Shown here: piece by piece, positions 1-10,144 of the stretch
Numbering within the stretch: the stretch's first letter is position 1
How the letters are laid out: each line of letters opens with the position of its first letter
From: Patescibacteria group bacterium
GTDB taxonomy: Bacteria; Patescibacteriota; Minisyncoccia; Phycocordibacterales; UBA9973
Reading direction: 5' to 3'
Assembly (NCBI GenBank): GCA_040389365.1
Contig: JAZKAB010000007.1
Span: 14,084 to 62,286 of the forward strand
Length of the DNA: 48,203 nucleotides
Translations under genes and position numbers: made by a program
Notes under the pieces: generated by a model
Database searches by the model: none
Told to the model about the DNA's origin: nothing
The model's input: only the letters and a program-made list of their open reading frames with translations

Positions 1-2
1 CA

Positions 3-1091
3 ACCAGACAGGCAGAACTTGCAACGCACTTCAACGAAGCGGTCGGCTCATTCTTTGACGCAATGCTTAACCAGCTCTTCTCTCGCGGCCTTTCAAGCAT
101 TAAAGGCACGGCTAACAGCGCAGATATCGGCCTGAGCACTGGAGGTCCTGGTACGAACGCGGTGCTGGGAACAAACGGCCAGTTTCTTGCAGGGGTTAAT
201 GATAACGTAGGGTCAATCAATGACATTGCCGCCGCGGGAGCAACAATCGATATTAGTCGACCTCAGCTCATTCGCGGCGTACTGAAGAAGCAGTATGACT
301 ATCTGAGCAAGACCAGCGACAATCGAGCCATTATCGACCGCATCTTGCCTGAAATCGCGCAGCTCGACTACTGTTTGCCTGGACCAAATCCAAGCTGGAA
401 AAACGGTCTCGACAAGAATTTTCAGACTTTCTTAAGCACTGTATTTCCAATCCAGATAGCATTTAGCAACCATATCTCGTTTAATAAGGGCGCTAACAAT
501 GCAGTATTGGATGACAAGACAAATGGCGGCTCAATCCGACTGTTCCCGTCGGATGCGGACGAGACAACGCCAATCACTATCACTCTTCAAAATACCAATA
601 TCGGATTCAAGGTGCGCCAATATCTCCTCGATACCTATAACGACATGATTAAAGAGCTAGATCAGAAGTTTAGCCGTCAGGCTATCGGCGACGCTTTTGC
701 CTCGACAAAAAGCACCGTATTGGAGCAAGACTATGCCCGCGGCATGGCAACGGACAGCTATGACGAGGTTTCAAACCTTCCGGGCCTTGCAATCAGCGTT
801 GTAGCGGCAGACGAAGACTATGACAGCAAGATTGCCACGTCCAAGCAAGACATTCAGGATCTTGAGGCTATCCATCGCCAGGCTTCTGCTATTGTTGCAA
901 AAGCAAAGGCTCGCTACATTGCAGAGCAAAGAGCAGCTGGCACTCCCGTTAACCAGCAATGTATCGATGCTGCGTATTCAATAGACACGTCTCCGATCAT
1001 TCCGATCGCACGCAACGAATCAGATACCCCGAGCCCGCTTATTCAGCGCATGCTTGATGCTAATCGCTATTTCTATAGCTTAACCGAATAA
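3..1091 (+). CDS. hypothetical protein, 5'-truncated by the window edge; first visible gene of the T4SS-like locus
   Basis: The frame is open from nt 3, with no stop before the track ATG at 63. It ends at TAA 1089-1091 and lies 4 nt from the next same-strand ORF. No recognisable motif. Confidence 0.55.
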   Translation, partial: TRQAELATHFNEAVGSFFDAMLNQLFSRGLSSIKGTANSADIGLSTGGPGTNAVLGTNGQFLAGVNDNVGSINDIAAAGATIDISRPQLIRGVLKKQYDYLSKTSDNRAIIDRILPEIAQLDYCLPGPNPSWKNGLDKNFQTFLSTVFPIQIAFSNHISFNKGANNAVLDDKTNGGSIRLFPSDADETTPITITLQNTNIGFKVRQYLLDTYNDMIKELDQKFSRQAIGDAFASTKSTVLEQDYARGMATDSYDEVSNLPGLAISVVAADEDYDSKIATSKQDIQDLEAIHRQASAIVAKAKARYIAEQRAAGTPVNQQCIDAAYSIDTSPIIPIARNESDTPSPLIQRMLDANRYFYSLTE

Positions 1092-1095
1092 TAAT

Positions 1096-1953
1096 ATGCC
1101 TAAACGAATTATCACAATCATTCTTATACTGCTCGCTGTCTTTGCCCTCTTGCTCGGAGGCATATGGCTTGTTGGACGACGCCAGGCGACAAAAGAAGGC
1201 AAAGCGCCTGCAACATTCAGGGAATTCTTGGGGCTAAGCACAAAAAAAGACCCTGCGACCAATGCTGACGGTACTACTACTTCAGTCTTTACCAATCCGA
1301 ACGATACCACCACCGGCACATTGGATGATATCGGCATTGGCAATGGCGGTGAACTTGGCACGAGCAATTTCGGAAACGACAGCATTATTCCGGCCAGCGA
1401 ATTCACGCAGACTAGCGAATTTACCGGTGCAGGCACTTCTCCAATCGAGCCTACGTCCTTTGGCAGCAATGGTTCTTTTGGCACAGCAGGGAATATTAGC
1501 AGCGCGGGGAATACCAATAACGATCCTCTAAATCCTGGAACGCCTTCTTCTGTCGATGGCACAACAACTGCGCCAAACGGTGCCGTATTGCCAAGCTGCT
1601 CTGCCGCAGACATCAATATTGCCTTTACCGACACGGAACTAGCCGAACTCAAGCGCCTGCAGAGCCGCTATAACGCTATTGCAAGCCGATTGGCGGGTAC
1701 AGAAACGATCGCCAACGAGGCCGCGCTGTATGATGACTATGCATTAGAGGAAAATCGCGTCATTGAGATGCAGAATTTTTGCCAATCAACCGCTCCGCTT
1801 ATCGCTGACGCCACAATGCAGCGCCGCGTACCGACTCCGTTTTGGAACAATGGCACGGCAGGTTCAGGCGGGTACACTGCGCCTGTTGGAAAAAGCCCTA
1901 ACCCTTTGATAAACAACATTCTTGAACAGCTGTTGCGCATTAATTTGTGGTAA
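1096..1953 (+). CDS. membrane-anchored protein with a Thr/Gly/Asn-rich linker, function unknown (T4SS-like locus)
   Basis: N-terminal hydrophobic helix (IITIILILLAVFALLLGGIWLV), then a low-complexity T/G/N/S-rich region and a structured C-terminal part. Tightly packed with its neighbours. Confidence 0.6.
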   Translation: MPKRIITIILILLAVFALLLGGIWLVGRRQATKEGKAPATFREFLGLSTKKDPATNADGTTTSVFTNPNDTTTGTLDDIGIGNGGELGTSNFGNDSIIPASEFTQTSEFTGAGTSPIEPTSFGSNGSFGTAGNISSAGNTNNDPLNPGTPSSVDGTTTAPNGAVLPSCSAADINIAFTDTELAELKRLQSRYNAIASRLAGTETIANEAALYDDYALEENRVIEMQNFCQSTAPLIADATMQRRVPTPFWNNGTAGSGGYTAPVGKSPNPLINNILEQLLRINLW

Positions 1954-1977
1954 AACACCTACGCTCCGTGATACAAT

Positions 1978-4900
1978 ATGCACGTGTCTGCACGCCTCTT
2001 TCGTAGTATACGATCTACAATTGTTAGTTTTAATAAAACGCTTTTTTTAACGGCAGGAGTATTTCTTGCTGTTCTTTTTTTGCATGTTCCAATCGTTCAT
2101 GCCGAGCTTACTCCAGAGCAAAAAGTCTTGGAGAAAAACAGGCTTGATTCAAAGTATGCTGAGTCATTTAATAATTTTCAAGCAGGCAGCGGCCTAACAA
2201 GCGGCACGGTATTAAAGGCAGGATCGGACAATGCTTCATCTGGACTTGTGTTCAAGGTGAAATTGAACGTTGACCCCTCCAAGGACCTAAAAGGAAGCGA
2301 TACAATAAAAAACCCAGCATGGAGGGCAGTTAGTTCGACTCCAAGAGGAGGCCAACTTCCCCTGCACAGCATGTTCATTCTCTTGTGCGAGAAGAACAAC
2401 GCAGCTCGTTGCTGGATTTCAGAAGTTCCCGTTAAGGTAGAGCTTGTACCTGCAGAAAAAAATACAATCTTTGTAAACTCAGAGCAGGGCAACACAATTC
2501 CTACGCAGGAAGTTGCAATTGAAACATTTAAAACTGACGACAATCAATACAATCTGTACAGCTACGACTCAATTAAGCAGGAATTTATTGGAAGCATTGC
2601 CAGTCTTAAGCTGCTAAACGGAACAACGCTTACTGCATCTCTCTGGTATCAAGGGGTGTTTGGTGCGTCGGAAGAATACACGAAGGCTGGAATAGTTACC
2701 GACAATCCTTTGCGGGTTAACTTTGGTGGAGGCCAAACAAGAACAAGCTATTTCCGAATCGGCGCTCCTATAGAAATAAAAACTCCTGCTGACGCAGCGC
2801 AGCAAGCCCAACAGGCCGCTGACTCAGCTGCAGCGCTAGCAAATGACCCCGTCAGAGCAGGTGCCGGAGATGACAATCTTCCTGTATGTATTTTTGCCCA
2901 CCCTATTAGCGGTGAGGGCAGCATCATGGGCTGTGTCGCCCAGGTTGCATACGGACTGTATAGTCTTACCGCTTGGGTTGCAGGAATCTTCGGCAATCTC
3001 TTTGATTTCTTTATTGGATACTCAGTTAGCGATACGTCATACCGTTATACGTTTGCAGTAACTGGATGGAAGCTGGTACGAGATATTTCAAACATCTTTT
3101 TCATCATCATTATGGTCTGGACGGGCTTTACAGCGGTACTGCAAGCTTCAACAGCAACCATGCGAAAGGTTGTTCCCAGCCTTATTGTTAACGCGTTCTT
3201 GATCAACTTTAGCCTCTTTGCAACAAGAGTGGTTATCGATATTTCCAATATCACCGCGCGCATGTTCTATAGCCAGATGATTGTCTGCGACAAGGTTAAT
3301 ATTGACGCCAATGGCAAGTGTCCTGCAGCACAGGCGAAACGAGGAGCGGGAGGGTATTGGCCGCTGTCTGAAAAAATTGTATCTTCATTCAACCCGCAGA
3401 TAATTTTTAATTCGAATATTCTTAAGCTGCCTAACTATGACGACAGCTCCTCAGGAAGTTCTGCCTTAAATGGCGGCTTGAAAGGCGGGAGGGTACAAAC
3501 AACATCTGACAGCGACTACGCGACATACTTTATGGTTGTGTGTATTATTGCCGCAATTATTATGGGAGGCATTACGCTCATGTTCTTCAAAGTTGCGTTT
3601 TTGTTCCTTGGCCGCGTTGTCGGTCTGTATGTCTGCATGATCTTTGCGCCATTCGCATTCTTGAGCCGAGGTATACCATTTTTTGATTCAATGAAAAAAC
3701 TTAAGTTTAAGGACTGGTGGGGAGAGCTGGTGAACTACTCGCTGCTTGCACCAATCTTCACCTTTTTCCTGTATATCATTTATGGATTTCTTTCATCGAA
3801 TTTCGTCGCGGAAATTGGCTTCGTAGACACTAAGGGTGACTTTTTCGGGACCATTCTTTCGGTGGTGATTCCAATGCTTATCATCTTCTCATTGCTTGAA
3901 ATTGCCCAGAAGACTGCTGAGAAATATGCAGGGGAGATGGGGGAGAAGGTGCAAAAATTAGGAACGCAGGCTACAGGACTCGCAATTGGAGCTGCTAGCG
4001 GGGGTGCAGCGCTACTAGGAGGAAGAGTAATTGGTGGGCTTGCTAAACGCGTTGACGAGTCTCGAGTTGGTATCGGCATTAGAAATATGGCTGCTAAAAG
4101 CGGGGTTGCGGGTTGGGCTGGAAGAAATCTGCAGAAAGGCGTAAACGCGACCAGGTCTGGATCATTTGATCTTCGACAAACTGGGGCTGGTAAAAAAGTC
4201 TTGGGCAAGCTTGGTATTGACGCTGACCAAAAGGCACTTAATACTTTTGCGGGTGTTGGACTAGGGTTAGGAACAGACCAGAGAAAGGGCGGATATGAGT
4301 CAGACGTGAAGAGAAGACAGGAACGATTGGTGGCGAATGAAAAGCTTCTTGAAGAAAAGGCCGGTGAGGAAATCAAAGCTTATAACGAAAAAGCAAAGGT
4401 TAAGTACGATAAGAAGGTAAACGAGGCTCTTGAAGCGGGAATGCTCTTAAGCCATAGTGCAGCTGATATAGCAGCAGCTAAGAGCAATGCAGACCAGACT
4501 CTTTATAATAGTTACAGAGACGAGGCAAGTAGAAATGCGACAGTACAAGCTAATATTAATGCAGTGACTAAGCCTGTTCCTGTAGCATCTGCAGATGAAT
4601 TAACAAGCACTCGACGAAAGACCTATACTGAGGGACTCAAGAAAGGCGGCGTGATTACAAGACTACAGGAAGCAGCTATAAGGCAAGGGGAGAAAGGAGG
4701 TGTGCTTAACAGCGCATTGGGAGCATCTGCAGAACTTCTAGGGGCTACCGTAGGAGCAGCGCTTGGCAGCCAGGTTCGTACAGAGGGCAGTAGAAAAGCA
4801 GGGAAAAAGCTCGAGGAGAAATCAAAGATTGATAAGGAGCTTCAAACTATTGAAGAGACGCTTGAAAAAGGATTTAAAAATCTTATATCCCTTGAAACAT

Positions 4901-5232
4901 ACGGCAAAGAATTTGATAAGTTATCGGATCCAGAAAAAGCATCTGTAGGCGCTCGACAGTCCGCAATTAATTCTGATAAGGAAATTAAGAAACAGTGGGA
5001 GCAAAGGGTTCAGGCTGTGGAAGAAAGCAAATATAACACTAAGGATTTAAAATCAAGAGCATCTGCGTTAAGAAAAACTATGATTGCTACAGGGTCACAA
5101 GCAGATGTAAATGCATACTTTGATGCAATCGCTCAAGTAGAAGCTGCAACAAAGCATGAAAAAATATGGAGAGATGTTTCAAAGTTTAGAGAAGACCAAA
5201 AGAAAAAACTAAAGGGCGAGGAGTCAAAATAA
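1978..5232 (+). CDS. large polytopic membrane protein, VirB6/TrbL-like candidate with a long Lys/Glu-rich C-terminal tail
   Basis: 1084-aa ORF. It has a signal or anchor helix, an ectodomain of about 300 aa, many hydrophobic helices across roughly aa 310-660, a Gly-rich segment, and a K/E-rich coiled-coil-like tail. It sits just upstream of the PrgI-like and VirB4 genes. The start could be GTG 1984, since TGaTACAAT at 1969-1977 abuts ATG 1978. Confidence 0.55.
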   Translation: MHVSARLFRSIRSTIVSFNKTLFLTAGVFLAVLFLHVPIVHAELTPEQKVLEKNRLDSKYAESFNNFQAGSGLTSGTVLKAGSDNASSGLVFKVKLNVDPSKDLKGSDTIKNPAWRAVSSTPRGGQLPLHSMFILLCEKNNAARCWISEVPVKVELVPAEKNTIFVNSEQGNTIPTQEVAIETFKTDDNQYNLYSYDSIKQEFIGSIASLKLLNGTTLTASLWYQGVFGASEEYTKAGIVTDNPLRVNFGGGQTRTSYFRIGAPIEIKTPADAAQQAQQAADSAAALANDPVRAGAGDDNLPVCIFAHPISGEGSIMGCVAQVAYGLYSLTAWVAGIFGNLFDFFIGYSVSDTSYRYTFAVTGWKLVRDISNIFFIIIMVWTGFTAVLQASTATMRKVVPSLIVNAFLINFSLFATRVVIDISNITARMFYSQMIVCDKVNIDANGKCPAAQAKRGAGGYWPLSEKIVSSFNPQIIFNSNILKLPNYDDSSSGSSALNGGLKGGRVQTTSDSDYATYFMVVCIIAAIIMGGITLMFFKVAFLFLGRVVGLYVCMIFAPFAFLSRGIPFFDSMKKLKFKDWWGELVNYSLLAPIFTFFLYIIYGFLSSNFVAEIGFVDTKGDFFGTILSVVIPMLIIFSLLEIAQKTAEKYAGEMGEKVQKLGTQATGLAIGAASGGAALLGGRVIGGLAKRVDESRVGIGIRNMAAKSGVAGWAGRNLQKGVNATRSGSFDLRQTGAGKKVLGKLGIDADQKALNTFAGVGLGLGTDQRKGGYESDVKRRQERLVANEKLLEEKAGEEIKAYNEKAKVKYDKKVNEALEAGMLLSHSAADIAAAKSNADQTLYNSYRDEASRNATVQANINAVTKPVPVASADELTSTRRKTYTEGLKKGGVITRLQEAAIRQGEKGGVLNSALGASAELLGATVGAALGSQVRTEGSRKAGKKLEEKSKIDKELQTIEETLEKGFKNLISLETYGKEFDKLSDPEKASVGARQSAINSDKEIKKQWEQRVQAVEESKYNTKDLKSRASALRKTMIATGSQADVNAYFDAIAQVEAATKHEKIWRDVSKFREDQKKKLKGEESK

Positions 5233-5233
5233 T

Positions 5234-5746
5234 ATGAATGATGATTTAATTAACAACCTAGAAGAGAATATTGAAGAGCTTCCGGAAGAGGCGCGGGGGT
5301 TTATCTTTGGCGATGGGTTAAAAAATGCTGAAGCGGAGATATTCAAAAATATAGATCTAGCGGAAGAAAAGCTGAAAATATCAAATATGATTAAGTTTTA
5401 TCTATTAGATATAAAATCCCTACAAGACCTCAGTGATCTTATTCTTTCCTTAACCATTAACAAGGAGAAGAAAGTTGCTGTGGCAAAAATGATAAAAGAA
5501 GATATTATTGACGAGCTTATACTGCTCAGCGAAGTTCATGAGGAGATCGATAGGGAAGCAGGTTCTGTTACAGCTACAATTTCCCCTAACAGCCTCGCAT
5601 CTCTTTCCGACCGTCTCAAACAAGCGTCAATTGCCACCCCTCTAAAGCGCGACTACAGCCTCAATACTGAAAAAACTGCAGCTCCTGCACATGAAACTCC
5701 CTCTCGCGCTATTGACCCATACCACGAATCAATAGACAATGAGTAG
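5234..5746 (+). CDS. acidic hypothetical protein (T4SS-like locus)
   Basis: 170-aa ORF starting 2 nt after the previous stop, with GAGGAG upstream. Rich in Glu/Asp/Leu/Ile, no TM segment, no recognisable motif. Confidence 0.6.
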   Translation: MNDDLINNLEENIEELPEEARGFIFGDGLKNAEAEIFKNIDLAEEKLKISNMIKFYLLDIKSLQDLSDLILSLTINKEKKVAVAKMIKEDIIDELILLSEVHEEIDREAGSVTATISPNSLASLSDRLKQASIATPLKRDYSLNTEKTAAPAHETPSRAIDPYHESIDNE

Positions 5747-5748
5747 AC

Positions 5749-6141
5749 ATGCAGTTCAAGGTTCCACAATTCATTGATATCGAAGACAAGGTCTTCGGCC
5801 CGCTTACCTTCAAGCAGTTCGCATACCTTGCTGGGGGAGCGGGTTTTGGCTATCTCGCATTCAAGCTGCTTCCGACATTTCTCGCAATTGTCATTGGCCC
5901 TGCCATTATCATCTTTGCGCTCGCGCTCGCATTCTTCAAGTACAATGAAAAGCCGTTCATTCACATGGTTGAATCGTTCATTCGCTATTATAGCCGCTCT
6001 CGCTTATACCTATGGCATAAGCAGAATCCTGCAGAACTGCCAAAGCGGTCGCCGCTCGCATCTCCTGACCGTGCTACACTTACCGAGAGCAGGCTTAAGA
6101 CCCTTTCATGGAGTCTTGACGTCATTGACCCTAAAAAATAA
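5749..6141 (+). CDS. PrgI-family (VirB3-like) small membrane protein
   Basis: The N-terminus MQFKVPQFIDIEDKVFGPLTFKQFAYL is followed by two hydrophobic helices, which is the hallmark layout of PrgI-family proteins. It lies immediately upstream of VirB4. Confidence 0.8.
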   Translation: MQFKVPQFIDIEDKVFGPLTFKQFAYLAGGAGFGYLAFKLLPTFLAIVIGPAIIIFALALAFFKYNEKPFIHMVESFIRYYSRSRLYLWHKQNPAELPKRSPLASPDRATLTESRLKTLSWSLDVIDPKK

Positions 6142-6143
6142 CT

Positions 6144-6779
6144 ATGGCTACAATCGGCACACCCGCACAACAATTCGTTCCGGTACAGGAAGTCCGCGAT
6201 GGCATCGTGGTAATGAAAGACGGCACATTATGTACCGTTGTGCTTGTTTCCTCTATCAACCTGAGCCTGAAGTCATACGACGAGCAGCGCGCAGTATTGG
6301 AGCAGTTTCAAAACTTCCTTAATACCATTGATTTCCCGGTACAGATTGTCGTACAGTCACGACGCTATGACGTGCGCCCATACCTGCTAACCCTTGAAAA
6401 CCGCCTGAAGGAGCAGACAGAACAGCTATTGCAAGTGCAGACGAGAGAATATATCCAGTTTATCCAGACCTTTACTGACCAGGTTAATGTCATGCGCAAG
6501 TCATTCTTTGTCGTTATTCCGTATATTCCGCCTGTTATCTCGCAAAAGAAAGGCATTGGGAAATTTCTTTCTTTCCTTAGTCCTAACGGCAATACGGGAG
6601 ATAGCTCGATCAGCGACTTTGAGGAAGAGCGCTCGCAGCTCGAGCAGCGCGTAAGCGTTGTTGACCAAGGATTGTCTCGAGTTGGATTGCGACTGATACA
6701 GCTCGGCACGCAAGAGGTGATTGAAGTGCTGTACAAGACATTCAACCCCGGCGAAAGCACCAGTCAGGCTAACGGATAG
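6144..6779 (+). CDS. VirB4 N-terminal-domain-like protein (separate ORF)
   Basis: The motif QQFVPVQEVRDGIVVMKDGTLCTVVLVSSINLSLKSYDEQRAVLEQFQNFLNTIDFPVQIVVQSRR resembles the N-terminal region of Gram-positive VirB4/TrsE-type ATPases. It is in the same frame as the next ORF, separated from it by two TAG codons. Confidence 0.5.
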   Translation: MATIGTPAQQFVPVQEVRDGIVVMKDGTLCTVVLVSSINLSLKSYDEQRAVLEQFQNFLNTIDFPVQIVVQSRRYDVRPYLLTLENRLKEQTEQLLQVQTREYIQFIQTFTDQVNVMRKSFFVVIPYIPPVISQKKGIGKFLSFLSPNGNTGDSSISDFEEERSQLEQRVSVVDQGLSRVGLRLIQLGTQEVIEVLYKTFNPGESTSQANG

Positions 6780-6806
6780 CAATACTAGTGTATACTATAT
6801 CCATAC

Positions 6807-8636
6807 ATGGCACTGTTTGGCTCAACCTCTAACAAATCATTAAACAGCAAAGACAGCCTTTTGCCGATTTCATCGTCAGAAGTGCACGAATGGGAGACGA
6901 TGGAGCTGGCCGACAAGATCGCGCCGTCTGCAATTGAAATCACCCCTAAGTCTATGCGTATCGGCGACAAGATCGTTCGCACCTTTTTCGTTATTTCATA
7001 CCCTCGATATTTGAGCGACAACTGGCTTACCCCGATCATCAACCTTGATAAGATTTTTGACATTGCCATATATATCAACCCGATTGAAACGTCAGAGCTC
7101 TTGAAGCATTTCCAGAAGAAGATCGCTGAAGTTGAAAGCCAGATCATGGTGCGCCAGCAGAAAGGGCTCGTGCGTGACCCGATGCTTGATACTGCCCGCG
7201 AAGACTTGGAAGAGCTGCGCAATGACCTTACCCAGGCTCAGGAAAAGATGTTTGATGTCGGCATGTATATTACCGTCTATGCCGATACTGACACTGACCT
7301 CTTTCGCGTTGAGAGCGAGATCAAGTCATTGCTTGAATCAAAGCTTATTTACATAAAGCCAACACTTTTCCAAGAAGAAGACGGGTTCAAGACCGTTGCG
7401 CCACTGGGCACTGACAAGCTGCAGGTTACGCAAAAGCTCAATTCAGAGCCTATTTCCAGCATGTTTCCCTTTGTTTCATTCGACCTTACCAGCGAAACGG
7501 GTATCTTGTATGGCGTGAACCGCCATAACTCTAGCCTTGTTATCTTTGACCGCTTTAGCCTTGAAAACTATAATTCAATTATCTTTGCCAAGTCTGGTGC
7601 CGGAAAGAGCTACGCAACAAAGCTTGAAATCATCCGTACGCTGATGTTTGATACCGATGTTATCGTTATCGACCCGGAACGGGAATACGAATACCTCGCA
7701 GAGGCAATCGGCGGGCGTTATTTTAATATCTCACTCTCTTCAGACCACCATATCAACCCCTTTGACCTGCCGATTCCTCGCGAAGACGAATCGTCTGGCG
7801 ACGTATTGCGCAGCAATATCATCAATCTCGTTGGACTGTTCCGCATTATGCTTGGAGGCCTGACTCCTGAAGAAGATTCAGTCATTGACCGCGCGATTAC
7901 CGAAACCTATTCGCTGAAAGACATTTCTGCAGATTCAGACTTCTCAACTATCGAGCCTCCGCTATTGTCGGACTTTGAAATGGTATTGTCAGGCATGGAG
8001 GGGACAGACTCAATCCTGCAGCGCTTGACCAAGTATACCCACGGCTCATGGGCAAGCTTTATCAATCAGCCAACGAATGTTGATATCAACAAGAAGTTTG
8101 TTGTCTTTTCAGTGCGGGATATGGAAGACGACCTCAAGCCTGCAGCGATGTATATCGTGACGCACTTTATCTGGAATGCAGTTCGAAAGGAGCTGAAGAA
8201 GCGACTATTGGTTGTTGACGAGGCATGGTGGATGATGAAGTCAGACGATACCGCCTCTTTCCTCTATTCTATTGCCAAAAGAGGGCGCAAATACTATCTT
8301 GGCCTTTGCACTATCACCCAAGACGTTGGAGACTTTATGAAAAGCCCATACGGCGTACCTATTATTACTAACTCTTCTATCCAGCTCTTGCTGAAGCAGT
8401 CTCCATCAACTATGGATGTCTTGCAAAAGACCTTTAACCTGACAGACGAAGAAAAATACCTGCTCTTGGAATCAGGCGTTGGGGAAGGGATCTTCTTTGC
8501 CGGACTAAAGCACGTAGCAATCAAGATCATTGCCTCATACACTGAAGACCAGATTATCACCTCTGACCCGTCACAAGTTATCTCAATCAAGAAGGCGAAG
8601 CAGGAGCTTGCCGAAGGCCAGTCACAAAACGGCTAG
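6807..8636 (+). CDS. virB4: VirB4-family type IV secretion ATPase
   Basis: Walker A FAKSGAGKSYATK and Walker B RLLVVDEAWWMM. The IAPSAIEI...IGDKIVRTFFVISYPRYLSDNWL segment is typical of VirB4/TrsE-like proteins. Confidence 0.85.
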   Translation: MALFGSTSNKSLNSKDSLLPISSSEVHEWETMELADKIAPSAIEITPKSMRIGDKIVRTFFVISYPRYLSDNWLTPIINLDKIFDIAIYINPIETSELLKHFQKKIAEVESQIMVRQQKGLVRDPMLDTAREDLEELRNDLTQAQEKMFDVGMYITVYADTDTDLFRVESEIKSLLESKLIYIKPTLFQEEDGFKTVAPLGTDKLQVTQKLNSEPISSMFPFVSFDLTSETGILYGVNRHNSSLVIFDRFSLENYNSIIFAKSGAGKSYATKLEIIRTLMFDTDVIVIDPEREYEYLAEAIGGRYFNISLSSDHHINPFDLPIPREDESSGDVLRSNIINLVGLFRIMLGGLTPEEDSVIDRAITETYSLKDISADSDFSTIEPPLLSDFEMVLSGMEGTDSILQRLTKYTHGSWASFINQPTNVDINKKFVVFSVRDMEDDLKPAAMYIVTHFIWNAVRKELKKRLLVVDEAWWMMKSDDTASFLYSIAKRGRKYYLGLCTITQDVGDFMKSPYGVPIITNSSIQLLLKQSPSTMDVLQKTFNLTDEEKYLLLESGVGEGIFFAGLKHVAIKIIASYTEDQIITSDPSQVISIKKAKQELAEGQSQNG

Positions 8637-8659
8637 CGTGCTGTATACTGTGTATACAA

Positions 8660-9619
8660 ATGAAACGATCATTTTTCATATTAATTAGCGTGCTATTGCT
8701 GGCTATGGGCACGTATTCTGCTGCATATGCGCAGCTTGCCACTGCCGACCTGAGCATTGCGACAATTCCGCTTGAGCCGCAACCCTTGCAGACAGTGCAA
8801 GTTAGATTGCAAAGCTTCGGCTTCAGTCTTGATCAAGCCACCATTGTATGGAAATACAACGGCGCAACGATTGCTTCAGGCACCGGCAGAACGAGCATTT
8901 CAGTGACAGCGCCTGCCAATGGCAAGGTTGCGACATTGACCGCTACTGCGACCAGTACGGACTTTGACGAAAGCGTTGTCTCTTTGGTATTGCGTCCCGC
9001 AAGCATTGACGTGCTGTGGGAAGGGGCAGATAGCTATACTCCCGCCTTTTACAAGGGAAGGGCATTGCCTTCTAATAACGGCATTATTCGCATTACCGCC
9101 ATCCCTTCAATTACCGCGCCGCGAGAACTGTCATATACATGGTCAAAGAATGACTCTGTCGTGCAGGGCAGCTCTGGCTACGCCAAATCAAGCATGCTGT
9201 TTAAGAACGAAACGCTTGATACCGTCGAAAATATCTCAGTATCTGCCACGAGCGCTTCTTTTTCAGGAACAGGCAGTACCAGCATAGTGCCACGAACGCC
9301 TAATTTCATAGGGTATTTCAACAATGAAGGGTATATCGACTATGCCAACGGCTCAGCAACTGCTCTTACTACCACTGCTTCTGGAAGCATTATTCGCTTT
9401 GAGCCCTATTTCTTCTCAACGCCATACAGCATTGACCACGACTTAACGTTTGACTATAGCGACAATGACGGCAATGCTGTCGAGAAGAGCGGCATCCTTA
9501 ATGAAATTCGCTTGTCACGACCGGAAGAAGGAGGGGAGTCTCAGCTCACGCTGATAATTCACACTGTTTTATATAGTTTGCAAAACATTACCAAGAAGTT
9601 TTCAGTGAATTTCATATAG
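8660..9619 (+). CDS. secreted hypothetical protein (T4SS-like locus)
   Basis: Signal peptide MKRSFFILISVLLLAMGTYSAAYA followed by Ser/Thr-rich, beta-type sequence. No known motif. Confidence 0.6.
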   Translation: MKRSFFILISVLLLAMGTYSAAYAQLATADLSIATIPLEPQPLQTVQVRLQSFGFSLDQATIVWKYNGATIASGTGRTSISVTAPANGKVATLTATATSTDFDESVVSLVLRPASIDVLWEGADSYTPAFYKGRALPSNNGIIRITAIPSITAPRELSYTWSKNDSVVQGSSGYAKSSMLFKNETLDTVENISVSATSASFSGTGSTSIVPRTPNFIGYFNNEGYIDYANGSATALTTTASGSIIRFEPYFFSTPYSIDHDLTFDYSDNDGNAVEKSGILNEIRLSRPEEGGESQLTLIIHTVLYSLQNITKKFSVNFI

Positions 9620-9640
9620 CATTCGTGATACACTAGTTGT

Positions 9641-10144
9641 ATGAAAAAACTGTTATGGCTTAGTATAGTTTTAAGCCTACTCATTACTACTCGCACGTTT
9701 GCGATAACAGGAACACTGAAAGCAACATACGATGCATCTCTTTCTCGATTTAATGCTACGCTCTCTGGCGTAAAGGGGAGCCCAAGCAATTTTAAAATAT
9801 ATATTCTTGATAAAGAATTTCCAGGCGGAACAGAACCAAACGATGTCGTTAAGAGCAATGCTATTTTAAATGATGGCACTGTTAAAAAGCCAGATGCTGT
9901 AGGTACGATTACCTGGGCACTAAATACTTCAGCGGCTTTGAAATTCGATCATGCATACTACATTAGAGCGGTCGAGGTTGGGTATAACGGCAGAGAATCA
10001 TATGCGTCTGCTGCAGTGAAGGTAACTACCCCTGCAGCTGCTAAAGCTGCAGCTGCAGGAAAGGTAGCGTTGCAGCCTCTAGTGCTTACAGCAAAAGGCA
10101 CAGTTGTTACAGGAACATTAAGCGATGTTCCAATGAATGCTTAG
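9641..10144 (+). CDS. signal-peptide protein with Ig/FN3-like repeat modules; N-terminal portion of a frame interrupted by TAG 10142-10144
   Basis: Signal peptide MKKLLWLSIVLSLLITTRTFA. The module motif YYIRAVE...VKVTT recurs downstream of the TAG in the same frame. Confidence 0.6.
   Translation: MKKLLWLSIVLSLLITTRTFAITGTLKATYDASLSRFNATLSGVKGSPSNFKIYILDKEFPGGTEPNDVVKSNAILNDGTVKKPDAVGTITWALNTSAALKFDHAYYIRAVEVGYNGRESYASAAVKVTTPAAAKAAAAGKVALQPLVLTAKGTVVTGTLSDVPMNA

Noticed and set aside
1080-1652. 190-aa minus-strand ORF antisense to the 1096-1953 gene. Similar long antisense ORFs occur at 3780-4376, 6365-6760, 12108-12686, 21442-21963, 22252-22698, 23234-23791, 29517-29885, 41831-42196, 43898-44434, 44826-45326 and 45931-46356.
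   Set aside because: These are shadow ORFs opposite well-supported genes. They have low-complexity or Ser/Pro/Ala/Cys-rich compositions and no start-codon context.
5774-6322. 182-aa plus-strand ORF in an alternative frame, overlapping the PrgI-like and VirB4-N genes.
   Set aside because: Its Ser/Arg-rich composition is implausible, and both overlapped frames have family-specific motifs.
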